Positions 38,938 through 51,436 of a DNA stretch of 64,000 bases are shown here, in pieces. This stretch comes from Lama guanicoe (taxonomy: Eukaryota), in contig MU053559.1 of NCBI GenBank assembly GCA_013239625.1, forward strand, positions 2,462,324 through 2,526,323, written 5' to 3'. Within the stretch, counting starts at the first letter, position 1, and the number at the start of each line of letters is the position of its first letter. Below the pieces are notes generated by a model, which did not search any database, was not told the origin of the DNA, and saw only the letters and a program-made list of their open reading frames with translations. The translations under genes and the position numbers were made by a program.

Positions 38938-41302
38938 CAGGCATACTTCAGAGATATTGCCGGTTTGGTTCCAGACCACTGCAATAAAGTAAATATCTCA
39001 GTAAAGCAAGTCATAGAAAATATTTTGTTTTCCCAGTGTGTATAAAAGTTATGTTTACACTGTACTGTCATCCATTAAGTGTGCAACAGCATTATATCTT
39101 ATAGAAAAAAAGTGCGTGTCTACCTTAATTTAAAAATACTTTATTATTAAAACATGCTAACTTGAGTGACATCATGTGAGCTTTCAACAAGTCGTAATCG
39201 TTTTGCTAGTGGAGGGTGTTGATTCGATGTTGCTGGCTGCTGACTGATCAGGGTGGTGGTTGCTGAAGCTTGGGGTGATTATGGCAATTTCTTAAAATAA
39301 GACAACAGTGAAATTTGCCATGTCGACTGACTCCCCTTCATGAATGATTTCTCTGTAGCATGCAATGCTGTTTGATAGCATTTTAACCACAGTAGAACTT
39401 CTTTCAAAATTGGAGTCAGTCCTCTCAAAAATCTGCCGATGCTTTGTCAATTAAGTTGATGGAATATTCTAAATCCTTTGTTGTCATTTCAACAATCTTT
39501 ACAGCATCTTCACCAGGAGTAGATTCCATCTCAAGAAACCATTTTCTTTGCTCACCCATAAGCAACAGCTCCTCATCCATTAGTTTTATCATGAGACTGC
39601 AACCGTTCAGTCACATCTTCAGGCTCCACTTCTAATTCTAGTGCTCTTGCTATTTCCACCACAACTGCAGTTCTGTCCTCCACTTAAGTCTTGAATCCCT
39701 CAAAGCCATGCATGAGGGTTGGAATCAACTTCTTCCAGACTCTAATCCTGACCTCTTCCCATGAATCATGAATGTTCTTCATGGCATCTAGAATGGTGTG
39801 TCCTTTCCAGAAGGTTTTCCAATGACTTTGCCCAGAGCCATCAGAGGAATCACCATCTATGGCAGGTATAACCTTATGAAATATTTTTCTTAAATCATAA
39901 GACTTGAAAGTTGGAATTACTCCTTGTTCCATGGGCTGCAGAATGGATGCTATGTTAGTAGGCATGAAAACAACATTAATTTCATTGTGCATCTCCATCA
40001 GAGCTCTTAGGTCATCAGGTGCATTGTCAATGAGCAGAAATATTCTGAAAGGAATTTTATTTTCCTGAGCAATAGGTCCCAACAATGGGCTTAAAATATT
40101 CAGTAAACCATGTTGTAAATAGATGTGCTGTCATCCAGGCTTTGTTGTTCCATTTATAGAGCATAGGCAGAGTAGACTTAGCATAATTCTTGAGGGCTTT
40201 AGGATTTAGGGGATGGTAAATGAGTTTTGGCTTCAACTTAAAGTCATCAGCTGTCCTTGAAGATTTGAAGACAGGCATTGACTTCTCCTCTCTAGCTATG
40301 AAAGTCATAGATTTCATCTTCCAGTATAAGGCTGTTTCATCCACATTGAAAATCTGTTGCTCAGTGTAGCCACCTTCATTAATTATCTTAGCGATATCTT
40401 CTGGTCAACTTGCTGTTATCTTCTACATCAGCACTTGTGTCTTCACCCTGCAATTCTGTGTTCTGGAGATGACTTCTTTCCTTAAACCTCATGAACCAAC
40501 CTCCACTAGCTTCAAACTTTTCTTCTATAGCTTCACTTCTCTCAGCCTTCACATAACTAAAGTGAGTTAAGGCCTTGCTCTGGATTAGGCTTTGGCTTAA
40601 GCGAATGTTGTGTCTGGTTTGATCCAGACCACTGAAACTTTCTCCATATTTGCAATAAGGTTGTTAAGCTATCTTATCATTTGTGTGTTCACTGAAGCAG
40701 CACTTTTAATTTCCTTCAGTAGCTTTTCCTTTGCCTTCACAACTTGGTGAACTGTTTGGTGCAAGAGGCCTACTTCTTGGCCTGTCTCGGCTTTCAACAT
40801 GCCTTCCTCACTAAGCTTAGTCATTCCTAGCTTTTGATTTAAAGTGAGAGAGATGCAACTCTTCCTTTCACTTGAACGCTTAGAGGCCATTATACAGTTA
40901 TTAATTGGCCTAATTTCAATATTGCTGTGTCTCAGAGGATGAGGCAGCCTGAGAAAAGGAAAGGAGGTGGAGAAACAGTCGGTCAGTGGAGCAGTTAAAA
41001 TACACACAACATTTATCGGTTAAGTTAGTCGTCTTATTCATGGCGCCCCAAAACAATTACAACAGTAACATCAAGATCACTGATCACAGATCACTATAAC
41101 AAATACAATAATAATGAAAAAGTTTGGAATATTGCAAGAATTATCAAAATGCGACACAGAGACATGAAGTGAGCAAATGCTATTGGAAAAATGGCGCCAA
41201 TAGACTTGCTCAATGCAGGATTGCCACAAACCTTCAATTTGTAGAAAACACAGTATTGGTGAAACACAATAAAGCAAAGTGCAGTAAAATGAGGTGTGCC
41301 TG
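38938..41302 (-). mobile_element. Tigger1 (TcMar/pogo) DNA transposon, essentially full length (~2.37 kb)
   Basis: TIRs CAGGCATACTTC and GAGGTGTGCCTG; TA TSD at 38936-37 and 41303-04; transposase remnants. Confidence 0.96.
39200..40890 (-). pseudogene. Tigger1 transposase, disrupted
   Basis: Separate ORF pieces: [21 protein letters not shown] (HTH), [16 protein letters not shown]...[16 protein letters not shown] (DDE domain). Confidence 0.92.
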
Positions 41303-41327
41303 TACTCTGAAAACAACTGCTCTAGAA

Positions 41328-41505
41328 CGGTGGTTCTTAATGTTGGCTGCACATTATAATCACCCGTGGTGCTTTTAGAAGTCCAGACGCCCATGCTGCA
41401 CTCCAGATCAGTTACATGAGACTCTCTGGGTTGAAACTGGGCCACCCATTTGTTTTTAAAGCTCCCCAACATGATTCCAGTGTAAAGCAAGAATGAGAAC
41501 CACTA
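41328..41505. mobile_element. MER5B-like hAT element
   Basis: CGGTGGTTCTTAA...GAGAACCACTA; perfect 8-bp TSD CTCTAGAA at 41320-27 and 41506-13. Confidence 0.85.
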
Positions 41506-41654
41506 CTCTAGAAGGATGGTGGAATCCATGTTGAGCACCTGCCTACAATTTTTTACCATACTTGATTATATCCATCATTATTTAAGTTATCACCTTCAGG
41601 AACTGCTTTAGAATGTCTTGACCTCTAGTTCATTATGCTTTCACTGACAAGGAG

Positions 41655-41870
41655 CACCATACTCTGGAGCAAGAGCAGGATTTGAAATCAGAAAACTAGG
41701 CTTTGAGTACTAACTCTCTTCCTTACATGCTCTGTGAACTTGGACAAGGTCACGAGGCTCTGGTTCCTCACCTGCATAATGAGGAAGATAGCAAAAGCCT
41801 AGTCTACTTCACAGGATGGGCATGATGGCATAATATAGGCAAAAAAAACAACTTTATAAATAATGAAGCT
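41655..41870 (+). mobile_element. MIR
   Basis: GCTCTGTGAACTTGGACAAGGTCAC...GTTCCTCACCTGCATAATGAGG. Confidence 0.7.
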
Positions 41871-41929
41871 GCTGTGCCTAAAACCAAGGGCTCACACAGA
41901 GTGTGGAGTATCAAGTGATGAAGGAAGAT

Positions 41930-42250
41930 ATTTTGATTGGAGTTAGATGTTTAAGGGTCTTAAATATTTGAGGATTCCCCTGTCTTCCCCTGGAGTTCAG
42001 ACAGCATGCTCTGCAGTGGACATTTTTAAGCAAGGAATTGATATGAATCATTGGTGCTATTTTTAAAACAATTCGGGTGACCATTCTCCAATGGAAAACA
42101 GAAAGGAAACCCAGAGGGCTGTGATGAGACTATCATACAAGTGTGGGTGAGAGTCTGAACTACAGCAGTTGAAGAAGGGAAAGAGAAGAGGATGCTACTT
42201 CAACATATCTCTTGGCAGAATAAACAAGGCTTAAATGAAGCAATTAATAG
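41930..42250 (-). mobile_element. L2 fragment
   Basis: TTTTTAAGCAAGGAATTGATATG...GTCTGAACTACAGCAGT. Confidence 0.5.
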
Positions 42251-43144
42251 AGAAGAAATTTCACTTGTGCTAGGTTCACACATGATACCAAAGTATTCAG
42301 ACTTTTTAAATAAAATTTCATCAATGAGCTGGATATATATATAGATATAGATACAGAGATACAGTCATCTCACTATTTGGTTAGACATTCAAATTAAGTA
42401 ATGCGTATTTTGGTATTATTTTAGATTTATTATAGATTAATTTAAGAAAATTAATTTATACTCCCAATCTTGTCAGAATTTGATTAATTGCTCAATATAA
42501 TTTCACTTCTTTTGGGAAAATAAAGTGATGCTGCTCTTTACTTAGGATGAAGAAAGACATACTAGTAACTTGGTGCTAGCAAGACATTTCAAACACACAC
42601 ACACACAAAGCCAAATGTGGTATTTTTACCGTAAGTCTGGCTACTGTGAGGCATACAGACTGATCACAAAATAAGGCTTACAAACCTCTTCCAAGAACCA
42701 GAGCTTGGGAAATACTGTGTACTGTGTCTCTGGGAAAGTCATCATACATATTGGCATGTTAAAGGCTCCAAGAAGTCATGTAGCAAAAAAAAAAAATGTC
42801 CATTTCTGCTTAATGTAGCATTTCTTATCCTTGTAAGACTATGAGAATCTTCATTATTATTTTTATTTATTCATAATATCTATTAACATTCTGTGAAAAC
42901 AGTGCAAGTTACAGTACACTTTGGGTTATGAAAGTTTAGAAAAATGATCTCTAAACTTTGAAATAATACACCTGCAACCATGATTATACTACTTATATTT
43001 TATATACATTATACAACCACTGTGTACTTAAGTATTACCTACTCTGTATAACATACATGAAACAGACATTTAAGTTGATGCAATGTAAAATAATATTTTC
43101 AAAAATCTATTTTTATTTATTCATGGTATAAAAATTCTATATTC

Positions 43145-43970
43145 CTAGCAGACAAAGTATATTTAAAAGCAAGGAAAATTACCAGAGATAAAAATTACCA
43201 TGTGAAAGGGTCAAGTCACTAAAAGACATAAGAGTTCTAACTGTGTGTGTACCAAATAGAGCTTCAAAGTACGTGAAGCAAAATCTAATAGAACTGAATG
43301 GAGAAATGGATAAACTCACTATTACAGATGAAAAATTTTCACCACTCCTGTCTTAGTTCCTGACAGAAAAAGTATACAGAAATTCAGCAAGGATATAAAA
43401 GAACTGAACAAAATTATCAATCACATGGACCTAAGTGACATTTGTTTATCGAAAAATTCACTTAACAGCAAAGTGCTCATTTTTTTCAAATGCACAGAAG
43501 AATGTTCACTAATATAGACTACTTCCTGGGTACTAAGCAAACCTTAACAAATTTAAAAGAATTAAGATATCCAAAGTATATTCTCTGACAATAATGGAAT
43601 TAATCTACAAATTAATTCCAGAAAGACCTCTTGAAAATACCCAAAACTCTTGAAATTAACACCCTTCTAAATAATCCATGGGTCAAAAAGGAAGTCCCCA
43701 GGGAGATTGGAAAATATTTTGAACTGAACAAAAAAAAAATGAAAATACAGCATAAGATTTGTGAGATCCAGCTAAAATCATCAATACATCAATTAAAAGA
43801 CAACTGGTAGACTGGATTACAAAACAAGACCTACCTATATGTTGTCCACAATTATCTACAATTAGAGAGAAATGTATAGCATTAAATGCTTATATTCCTA
43901 AAGAAGAGGGGTCTCAAATAAATTATCTAAGTTTCCACATTACGAAATTGGAAAAGGAAGAACAAACATA
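43145..43970 (+). mobile_element. Old L1 ORF2 endonuclease-region fragment
   Basis: CAAATAGAGCTTCAAAGTACGTGAAGCAAAA; CTCTGACAATAATGGAAT (SDH motif remnant); CTTCTAAATAATCCATGGGTCAAA. Confidence 0.8.
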
Positions 43971-45354
43971 AGTTCAACAGCTGTTTTACACATTTTGCTT
44001 TGGGATAGCCCATGAACTTGTGGGTGGTAGAAAAGATTCTCAAAGTCGCTCATTCCATTTCAATATACAGTTTCAATGTGTGGTTTCTACTTTGCAGAAA
44101 ATACAGCAGTCAAATCCACTTAACGAGTCTCATGGAAATTTCTGTACCCTAGAATAGAACTAACAAATGGTGAGGAGACCTCGGGTCAACATGTCGGCAT
44201 TATGGGATCACACTTTTCTCTCAGGAAACCATGCACGCTGGGCATGACCCACAATAGCCTTCCATGCAGATGAACTGAGTGAGGCCATCAGCGTCAATCT
44301 GAACATCAACTATTGATAAAGCTTAATGTCTTTCTGACTTTTTAAGGGAAAAATTCTAGTATTTTCTTCCTGTACCCCAGCAGATCATCTTATGTATCCC
44401 TACTCAGGAACTTCTAGGCTAGAGAATAAAGGGGCAAAAAAATATCTAGTTATGAAGCAGTTTTATCTCTGAGATGATCCCACGGAATTCACCCACGATA
44501 GACAGAATACGCTGAGTGTAAAGTGAAGCTATGTAAAAGGTAGCTATTTCTGAAGCTGAAATAATACTTTGGAAAACATGCTACATTTTGTTAAGTTGTC
44601 ACCCGATAGATTTCGATGCCTCCGTGAATGTTGTGCTGCGACGATCTTCCAAATACCACATTCCACTGTCAGCTTGATATTTAAAACCAGCTGGCCTCAC
44701 TCCACCACCATCCATTATGTTGCATTGTTTTACAAGAAATGTGACTTCTCTGGCAGCAGACATGTTGATCCCAAAGAAACTTTTTCACGTTTTACTGTGT
44801 GGATTTTTTAAATGTATTTATCCTAGACACATAAGATATAACCTTGAAACAACAGAATTTCTTCAGTTAATAGATTTATACACGTTGCTCCATTTTCTCA
44901 GGATGAATTCATTTTAAATATATATTTTTTTAAAGTTTAAAATCTCATCTTTGTTTGCTCCGATGCTTGCAGGGGAGTTGGCTCATGATGCTTTCTCATT
45001 CGGGATCATCTTCTGTTGCTAAGAGACTTACATATTCTTAGAGATGTCTTAACATCATTGGTAGAAAATGTACTCAGAAACTAATCTATGAGTGGCCATT
45101 TTTTCTATAAAGAATCTTGGTCAGATATAGACTTTGAAAGAGAAGGTATTTTCCTTTTCTTTGGAGAACGGTAGGAGTTCAACCCTGAAATTTAAACATA
45201 ATCTATCACAATCATGGTCAATTTGATTCAGTTTTCAGGGTGACATTGACCCTGTTAAAGCCTGAAGTTTCCTTCTATGTCCCAAATATTTGCTCTAATA
45301 CAGAATGAATAAGAAAGTGCAAATACTTAATTATTACACACATTTATATATGCT

Positions 45355-45912
45355 GAGTATATTAGTTATCTATTGTTGCATAATAAATTACCACGTATAT
45401 TTGTAGCTTAAAACAACACACATTTATTATCTCATAGTTTCTGTGGATTAGGAATCTGAACATAGCTTAGCCAGTTGCTCTGCCTCAGGGTACAGATGAC
45501 ATCAATCAAGATGTCAGCCATGTCCAGAATCTCATCTCAAAACTTAACTAAGGAAGGATCCACTTCCAAGCTCACCACGTGATTGTGGACAGAATTCAGT
45601 TCCTTTTGGATTATTGAACTGTGGATCCCCGTTCCTTGTTGGCTGTTAGCCAGAGGTCATCCTCAGTTCCTGGCCACATGGGCTTCCTAAACATGAGCCT
45701 TCTAAACATGGCTTCATCAAAGCAAGCACAGGAAAGAATCTGGAGAGCAAGATGGAGTTTACAGTCTCTTATAACCTCATCGTAGAAGTGACATCTCCTC
45801 ATAGTTGAGACAGTCCACTGAAGCAAGATACGCAAGGAAAGGGGATTACCCAAGGCCATGAATACGAAGAGATGGGAATATCTGGGGGCTATCTTAGAAG
45901 CTACCTACCACA
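45355..45912 (-). mobile_element. MLT1 LTR
   Basis: TATTAGTTATCTATTGTTGCATAATAAATTACCAC...GGGCTATCTTAGAAGCTACCTACCACA. Confidence 0.85.
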
Positions 45913-46289
45913 CTGAGACACAAGATCCGTCTCCACTTTCAGCCTTCTCATTTCAAAATAACATACACAGGACATGCACATAATAAAAATAATCTTTCTG
46001 GCTTACAGGTAATAAGGTACCAGTGAATTCAGCCAGATTCAGGTCAAAAGAAGATTGACAGAAAAGGCTTGAGACCAAGTGTTTTTATTTTTCAACTCCT
46101 GATATCAGTACGTGTTTTCCTTTCTTGATTTTTAACGTCTACCACTAGTAGAGTCTGAATATATTTCTCGATTTTAAAGTAACAAATTAAAAATGGACTA
46201 TAGCTTTTTCAAACAATTAGTGCCACATGATAGTCACAAGTCAAGAAAGTGTCTCCAACCTCCATTAGCAAACTTCAAGACTAAATATA

Positions 46290-46772
46290 TTAGAATCACT
46301 GGTTGGTTTGAGATAAGGAGACTTTACACAAGTATTTAAGTGCAGACATTTTTAGCAGGGAGGCAATGTCAGGAAACGCCAGTAGGGAAGTGGGGAAATG
46401 AAAATGGAAGCGAATGCAGCCGATAAAAAAATGCATTTTTAAGCTATTTACCATTGTGGCAACTGGAGATCAGTTCCTGTGGGGAACCTTGGGAGACAGT
46501 AAAGAGTACACCTCAGAGTTACCGCAGCTAAGGGTTAGAAAGCTGGGGCATTTATTCACTAAGTCTCCATTGTCATTGGTTGACAACTATTTCTGGAAGC
46601 ATTAACTCTGGCACTTTATGCTTACTGCGTGTGGAAGCTGAGCATGCTCCCCCAACCAAAGGGCTGATAAAGCCCTCTGGCAGAATCACAGGTGTTCGCA
46701 GTAAGCAGCCTTCAACATGTAGAGGTGAGTGTGGAGGAAATAGGGATGGGGCACCGATAGCATCTGCCACAA
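46290..46772 (-). mobile_element. Old ERVL/MaLR-type LTR
   Basis: GCTGGGGCATTTATTCAC...TCATTGGTTGA; ends GCATCTGCCACA. Confidence 0.5.
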
Positions 46773-47082
46773 TCACAGTAACTAAAGAGTTGCTGAGAGA
46801 CCACCCAGGCCTTTTCCTGCTTCCATCAAATACCATACCTAAAAACAGCCCTAGGGAGGCAAGCAGCTCTGATTTCATGTCAAGTTACATTGCACATTCT
46901 TCATCATGGCAGGCAAGGGATGAGATAAAAAACCTAAGATCTGAAATGTACACGAAGCTCTGAAACTCTCCCCAAAGAGCCTGGGCTCCTCTCCCCAAAC
47001 AAAAACAAAGATTCTAAGTAGCAACAGCTCTAATGCTTTATCGATCCTTGGATTGAGCAGGCTCCTGGAAGAACATTCATCA

Positions 47083-47561
47083 GGTGAACGAAAAATACTG
47101 CAAACCACATCAGTAAACAAAGAATGATGAAGCCATCAAGTCATCAGCGGCTGCCGCCACCCCCCAGGGAAGACAAGCCTGCAGCCCGGGCCCTGCAGCC
47201 ACTCACCATGGTGCACCCTGAGGGGACTGAGAATAAGAAAGGACAGGATACTGGCCCTAGATAGCTAGATGCTTGTCAGAGGGATGAATTCAATGAGCCC
47301 ACATGTTTGCTCCCTCCCATACATAGAAAAGCACTGAATTCTTTACCTTGAGATGCCTATTTTTCTTTAGATAACAAGTAATCTTTTAACGGTCCAACTA
47401 CCTGGTCTTTGTTGTAAAGCTCCTATACATCCTAGCTCCTCCCCTACCTCTTCGGAGCAGTCCCTCAGAGCGATCTGAGAGGCTGTCATCCCGGCTCGAG
47501 TCCTCCCGCCAAATAAAACATAACTCTTAACTTTTAGGCTGCGCGTTTATGTCAGTCGACA
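47083..47561 (+). mobile_element. ERV1-class solo LTR, relatively young
   Basis: 4-bp TSD ATCA (47079-82, 47562-65); ends GTCGACA; TATA-like CCTATACAT (~47422); AATAAA (~47512); CpGs retained. Confidence 0.8.
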
Positions 47562-47732
47562 ATCATTTGACAGCCTACAAAGTATCCTTGGAAGTAGTGA
47601 TAGGCCACAGAGGCCCCAAAGTACCCTGGGAGGTTGGGACAAATCCCATCAGTCTCGAGGCAGTAATGAGCCACATTAGCCCCCCCAACAAATCCTAGTA
47701 GGTTGTCGACTGAAGGGACAATTTAAACCTTT

Positions 47733-47915
47733 CTTAAAAAATTTATTTTATTTATTTTTTATGTGGGGGGGGTAATTAGGTTTTTCATTTATTTATTTAT
47801 TTTAATTATTAATTATTTCATTTATTTATTTATTTTAATGGAGGTACTGGGGATTGAACCCAGGACCTTATGCATGCTAAGCACATACTCTACCACTTGA
47901 ACTGTCCCCCGACTC
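47733..47915 (-). mobile_element. tRNA-derived SINE (Vic-1-like) with long AT-rich tail
   Basis: Reverse complement of the 318-411 family (GGAGGTACTGGGGATTGAACCCAGGACC); tail includes AACCTAATTACCCCCCC. Confidence 0.9.
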
Positions 47916-48979
47916 CCAAAACTTTAAAGCTTGAAAGGCCCTGCTCTAGATTTCCTTCAGCTATGCCCTCCACTGGAGGCAGGTAATCCCTACAGCCAGG
48001 AGGCTGTATCCACTCAAAGCCCACAGCCTCCCTTCTAGGTCAAGCCCTGGGTGGGTCTCAGGAGTCTGAAATTCCCTGCTCAGAGGGACTCAAGCCATTT
48101 CAGGGCCCATGCAAGCTTGTTCCTGGGGCCATCCTCTTGAGAGCAGACCATGCTAAAAGGGTGGCTGGTGATTGGGGTGCAGGAGTAGATGAAACTTAGT
48201 CGCTTGGGGTAGAATAGTGGTTCAGGACAAAGCCAGAAGGGGAAGGAAAAGAAGGAGGCACTGCACTGCTAGGGTCTTCACTGAGACTCTTGCCTCAAGC
48301 CCTGCAAATGTTGGTTAGGGGCAAACCTACCCTTGCAAGTACAGTTTTCCAATTCGATAAGTCCATGTCGGGACACAATGACAATGATGCCAAAATGGAT
48401 ATTTATTCCAGGAAAGTTACCTGTGACTTCCTCATCATTTGCACACTTATAAATTATCAGATAACAGTGGCATTTCCAGGATTTTTCTCGAACATCTTAC
48501 TCCACTTCCTGCCCTCACATTTTGCAAGCATATACGATAGATACACTCCAATACGTGGCCATTGCAATATGTATCATAGCTAAGACATTTTAAAAGGCCT
48601 CTGAAGAAACTATGTGTGTCACAACAGTGCACTTAGATCAATTCACAAGGAATCATTGAAAAACCTCAGCCAATAAGCTAGATTGTGACGACAGGAAACA
48701 TCACGCTCCGCCAAGTGGGTGACCTCCTTCTAGCCCAGATTCAATCTGAAAACTGAAAACTGAGGGCATCAAGAGAGCAAAAGGCTATGATGGGTCTGCA
48801 GCATTGGAAACTGAGAAACAGTAGGCCACTGAGCCAGGCAAACAGAAAAGACATTCCTAGATAACAAATGACTCAAGGTGGAAGAGAACACTAGAAGAAA
48901 AATTTCCTCTAGTTCTCCAATTTTATTTTATTTTATTTTATATTTTATTGTGGTAAGAACGCTTGACATGAGATCTATC

Positions 48980-49357
48980 TTTTTTTTAATTAAAGTATAG
49001 TCAGTTACAATGTGTCAATTTCTGGTGTACAGCATAATGATTCAGATATATATATATATATATTCCTTTTCATATTCTTTTTCATTATAGGTTACTACAA
49101 GATATTGAATATACTTCCCTGCACTATACTTTCTGTTGATCTATTTTATATATAGTAGTTAGTATCTACAAATCTCAAACTCCCAATTTATCCCTTCCTA
49201 CCCCCTTTACCCGCTGGTAACCATAAGTTTGTTTTCTATGTCTGTGAGTCTGTTTCTGTTTTGTAGATAAGTTCATTAGTGTCTTCTTTTTTTTAGATTC
49301 CACATATGAATGATGTCTTATGGTATTTCTCTTTCTCTTTCTGGCTTACTTCACTTA
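48980..49357 (-). mobile_element. Younger L1 3' UTR nested in L1MA
   Basis: Homologous to 16090-16620; degenerate TSD GAGATCTATCTTTT/GAGATCACCCTTTT. Confidence 0.85.
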
Positions 49358-50272
49358 GAGATCACCCTTTTAACAATTTTTAAGTATATAATATATTGTT
49401 GATTATAGGTACAATGTTGTACAGCCAATCTCTAGAATCTTCTTGCTTGATTGAAACTTTATGCCCATTGATTAGTAACTCCCATTTTTCCTTCCCCCTA
49501 ACCCCTGGCCACCACCATTCCACTCTTTGATTCTAAGCATTTAACTATTTTAGAGAGTCATATAAGTACGATCATATAGTAGTCACCTTTCTATGTCTTT
49601 CTATGACTGGCTTATTTCATTAGCATAATGTCCTCAAGGTTGTCTCATATTGCAGAATTTCCTTCCTTTTCTAGGCTGAGTAGTAGTCCATTATAGGTAT
49701 ATACCATATTTTCTTTATCCATTTATCTGTCAATGAGCATTTAGGTTGTTTCCACCTCTTGACTGTTCAGAGGAGTGCTGCAATGAACATAGGAGTGCTA
49801 ACATCTGTTTGAAATCCTGATTTCAATTCTTTTGGATAAATACCCAGAAGTAGGATTGCTAGATCATATGGTAGTTCTATTTTTAATTTTTGGAGGAATC
49901 TCTACATTATTATCCATAGCAGCTGCACCCTTTTGCATTCCCATTCACAGTGTGCAAGTGTTTCAATTTATCCACATCCTCGCCAACATTTGTTATATGC
50001 TGGAGTTTTTTTTTTTTTCTGATAATAGCCATCTTGACAGGTATGAGGTGATATCTCTTTGTGGTTTTGATTTGTATTTCGCTGATGATTAGTGACATTG
50101 AGCATCTGTTCATAATATCTTTTGGCCATTTGTATGTTTTCTTTCGATAAATGTCTATTCAAGTCTTTAGCCCATTTTAAAATCAAGTTATTATGGTTTT
50201 TTTTTTACTATTGAATTGAAGAAGTTTCTTGTATAATTTCTTATATATTTTGGAGATTAACCTCTTTTTTTT

Positions 50273-50377
50273 AAATATGGAACTCTTCATGAATTTGCGT
50301 GTCATCCTTGCACAGGGGCCATGTTAATCTTCTCTATATCATTCCAATTTTAACGTATGTGCTGCCTAAGCGAGCAC
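50273..50377 (-). pseudogene. RNU6: U6 snRNA processed pseudogene (full length)
   Basis: Minus strand GTGCTCGCTTAGGCAGCAC...AGAGAAGATTAACATGGCCCCTGTGCAAGGATGACACGCAAATTC...CCATATTT plus A tail; 14-bp TSD GAGATTAACCTCTT at 50253-66 and 50378-91; several substitutions. Confidence 0.97.
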
Positions 50378-51436
50378 GAGATTAACCTCTTATCAGATAG
50401 ATGGTTTGCAAATATTTTCTCCCATTCCATATATTACCTTTACTTTTTGCTGATTGTTTCTTTTGCTGTCAGGAAGCTTTTTAGTTTGATGTAGTCCCAC
50501 TTGTCTATTTTGCTTTTGCTGCCTGTGAAGAAACATCTTAAAATGGGTCAAGCCGATGCTGCTGGTCCATGGACCACCCTTTGAGAACCACTGTTAAAAA
50601 CTCTGGATTCTTCAAACCCTACCTCAGATCCAGGGGAAGAGAATCACAGGAAAGAGGCCAAGGATCTGATTTCTTAACAAAGCATCCCTGGTGATTATTC
50701 TGGTCTAAATATACTACACCTTTTATGTGCACTAAAATTCATGCTCCTTTCTTATTCCTCAGATACTGACTGATTATCTGGCTCCCCAAGACAGAGTAGA
50801 TTAGAAGCTATCTACTGTGTAGTGTAGAAGCAGGTTTGTTCAATTTTTGTTTTTAAGTTTAATGTGAGATGTTGTTTGCAGAAAACGATTTGCTATCAAA
50901 CAAAGGCGTTTAATATCAATGTTTTCTTTATTAAAGTTACAGACTCCAAACCTAGTTTCTCCTTGAGCTTTTGAGTTCAATTTACAACTCTTAATATTCT
51001 ATTTATAAATCTAATAAAGTTTAAGGATCACTGACACAAATGCCTTTGACTGATGATTGGTCCTATGTAACTAAGTGCCTTTATAAATTAAATAATTCAG
51101 TTTACTTTTTAAGCCCCTTAAATATCTGACTAATGACTAAAACCTTCTCAGCACTTAATTAATTCTAACAAACAGAAGAAATTAAACGTAAAAGTATAGT
51201 GCATCTTAAAGTTCTCTTAAATGTCCAAACATGTCAGTATAGAATAGGATGGAAGATGCAGGATTCTGTCAAGTTCAAAGTATTTAAAACTAAACATGAA
51301 GACTTCTAAATATCTTGAGATATTAAAGTTAAAAATCCCATTCTCTGAAGCAGCAGCCTGAGGCTTCAGGATTCTGTGAGTGGCTGGAAGAATTTGGTAG
51401 TAATTAGGCACAAACCAGGCACATGGTCTATGTGAT

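Larger units (their letters stand above)
38770..41319. mobile_element. MER5A split by Tigger1
   Basis: Left part CAGTGGTTCGCAAAGC...CATTTCTAACAAGTTGCCAGGTGATG to 38937; terminal CTCTGAAAACAACTG at 41305-41319. Confidence 0.75.
48920..50528 (-). mobile_element. L1MA-like 3' portion with nested insertions
   Basis: Poly-T tail and TGTGGTAAGAAC terminus; minus ORFs KWAKDLNRH and SLIISEIQIKTT. Confidence 0.9.

Noticed and set aside
39200..41007. Domesticated TIGD/CENP-B-like gene
   Set aside because: The transposase is broken into several frames and still has TIRs and a TA TSD, so it is a decayed Tigger1
44480..44920. Possible exon or conserved element in unique sequence
   Set aside because: The ORFs of 66-80 aa have no recognisable domain or clear splice-site pair; conservation cannot be judged without alignment
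47552..47713. 11-bp inverted repeat TCAGTCGACAA / TTGTCGACTGA at the LTR end and ~140 bp downstream
   Set aside because: Short, built on the palindromic GTCGAC core, with no TSD or extended pairing; compatible with chance
48920..50377. U6-L1 template-switch chimera
   Set aside because: U6 has its own A tail and TSD, and the L1 continues on both sides
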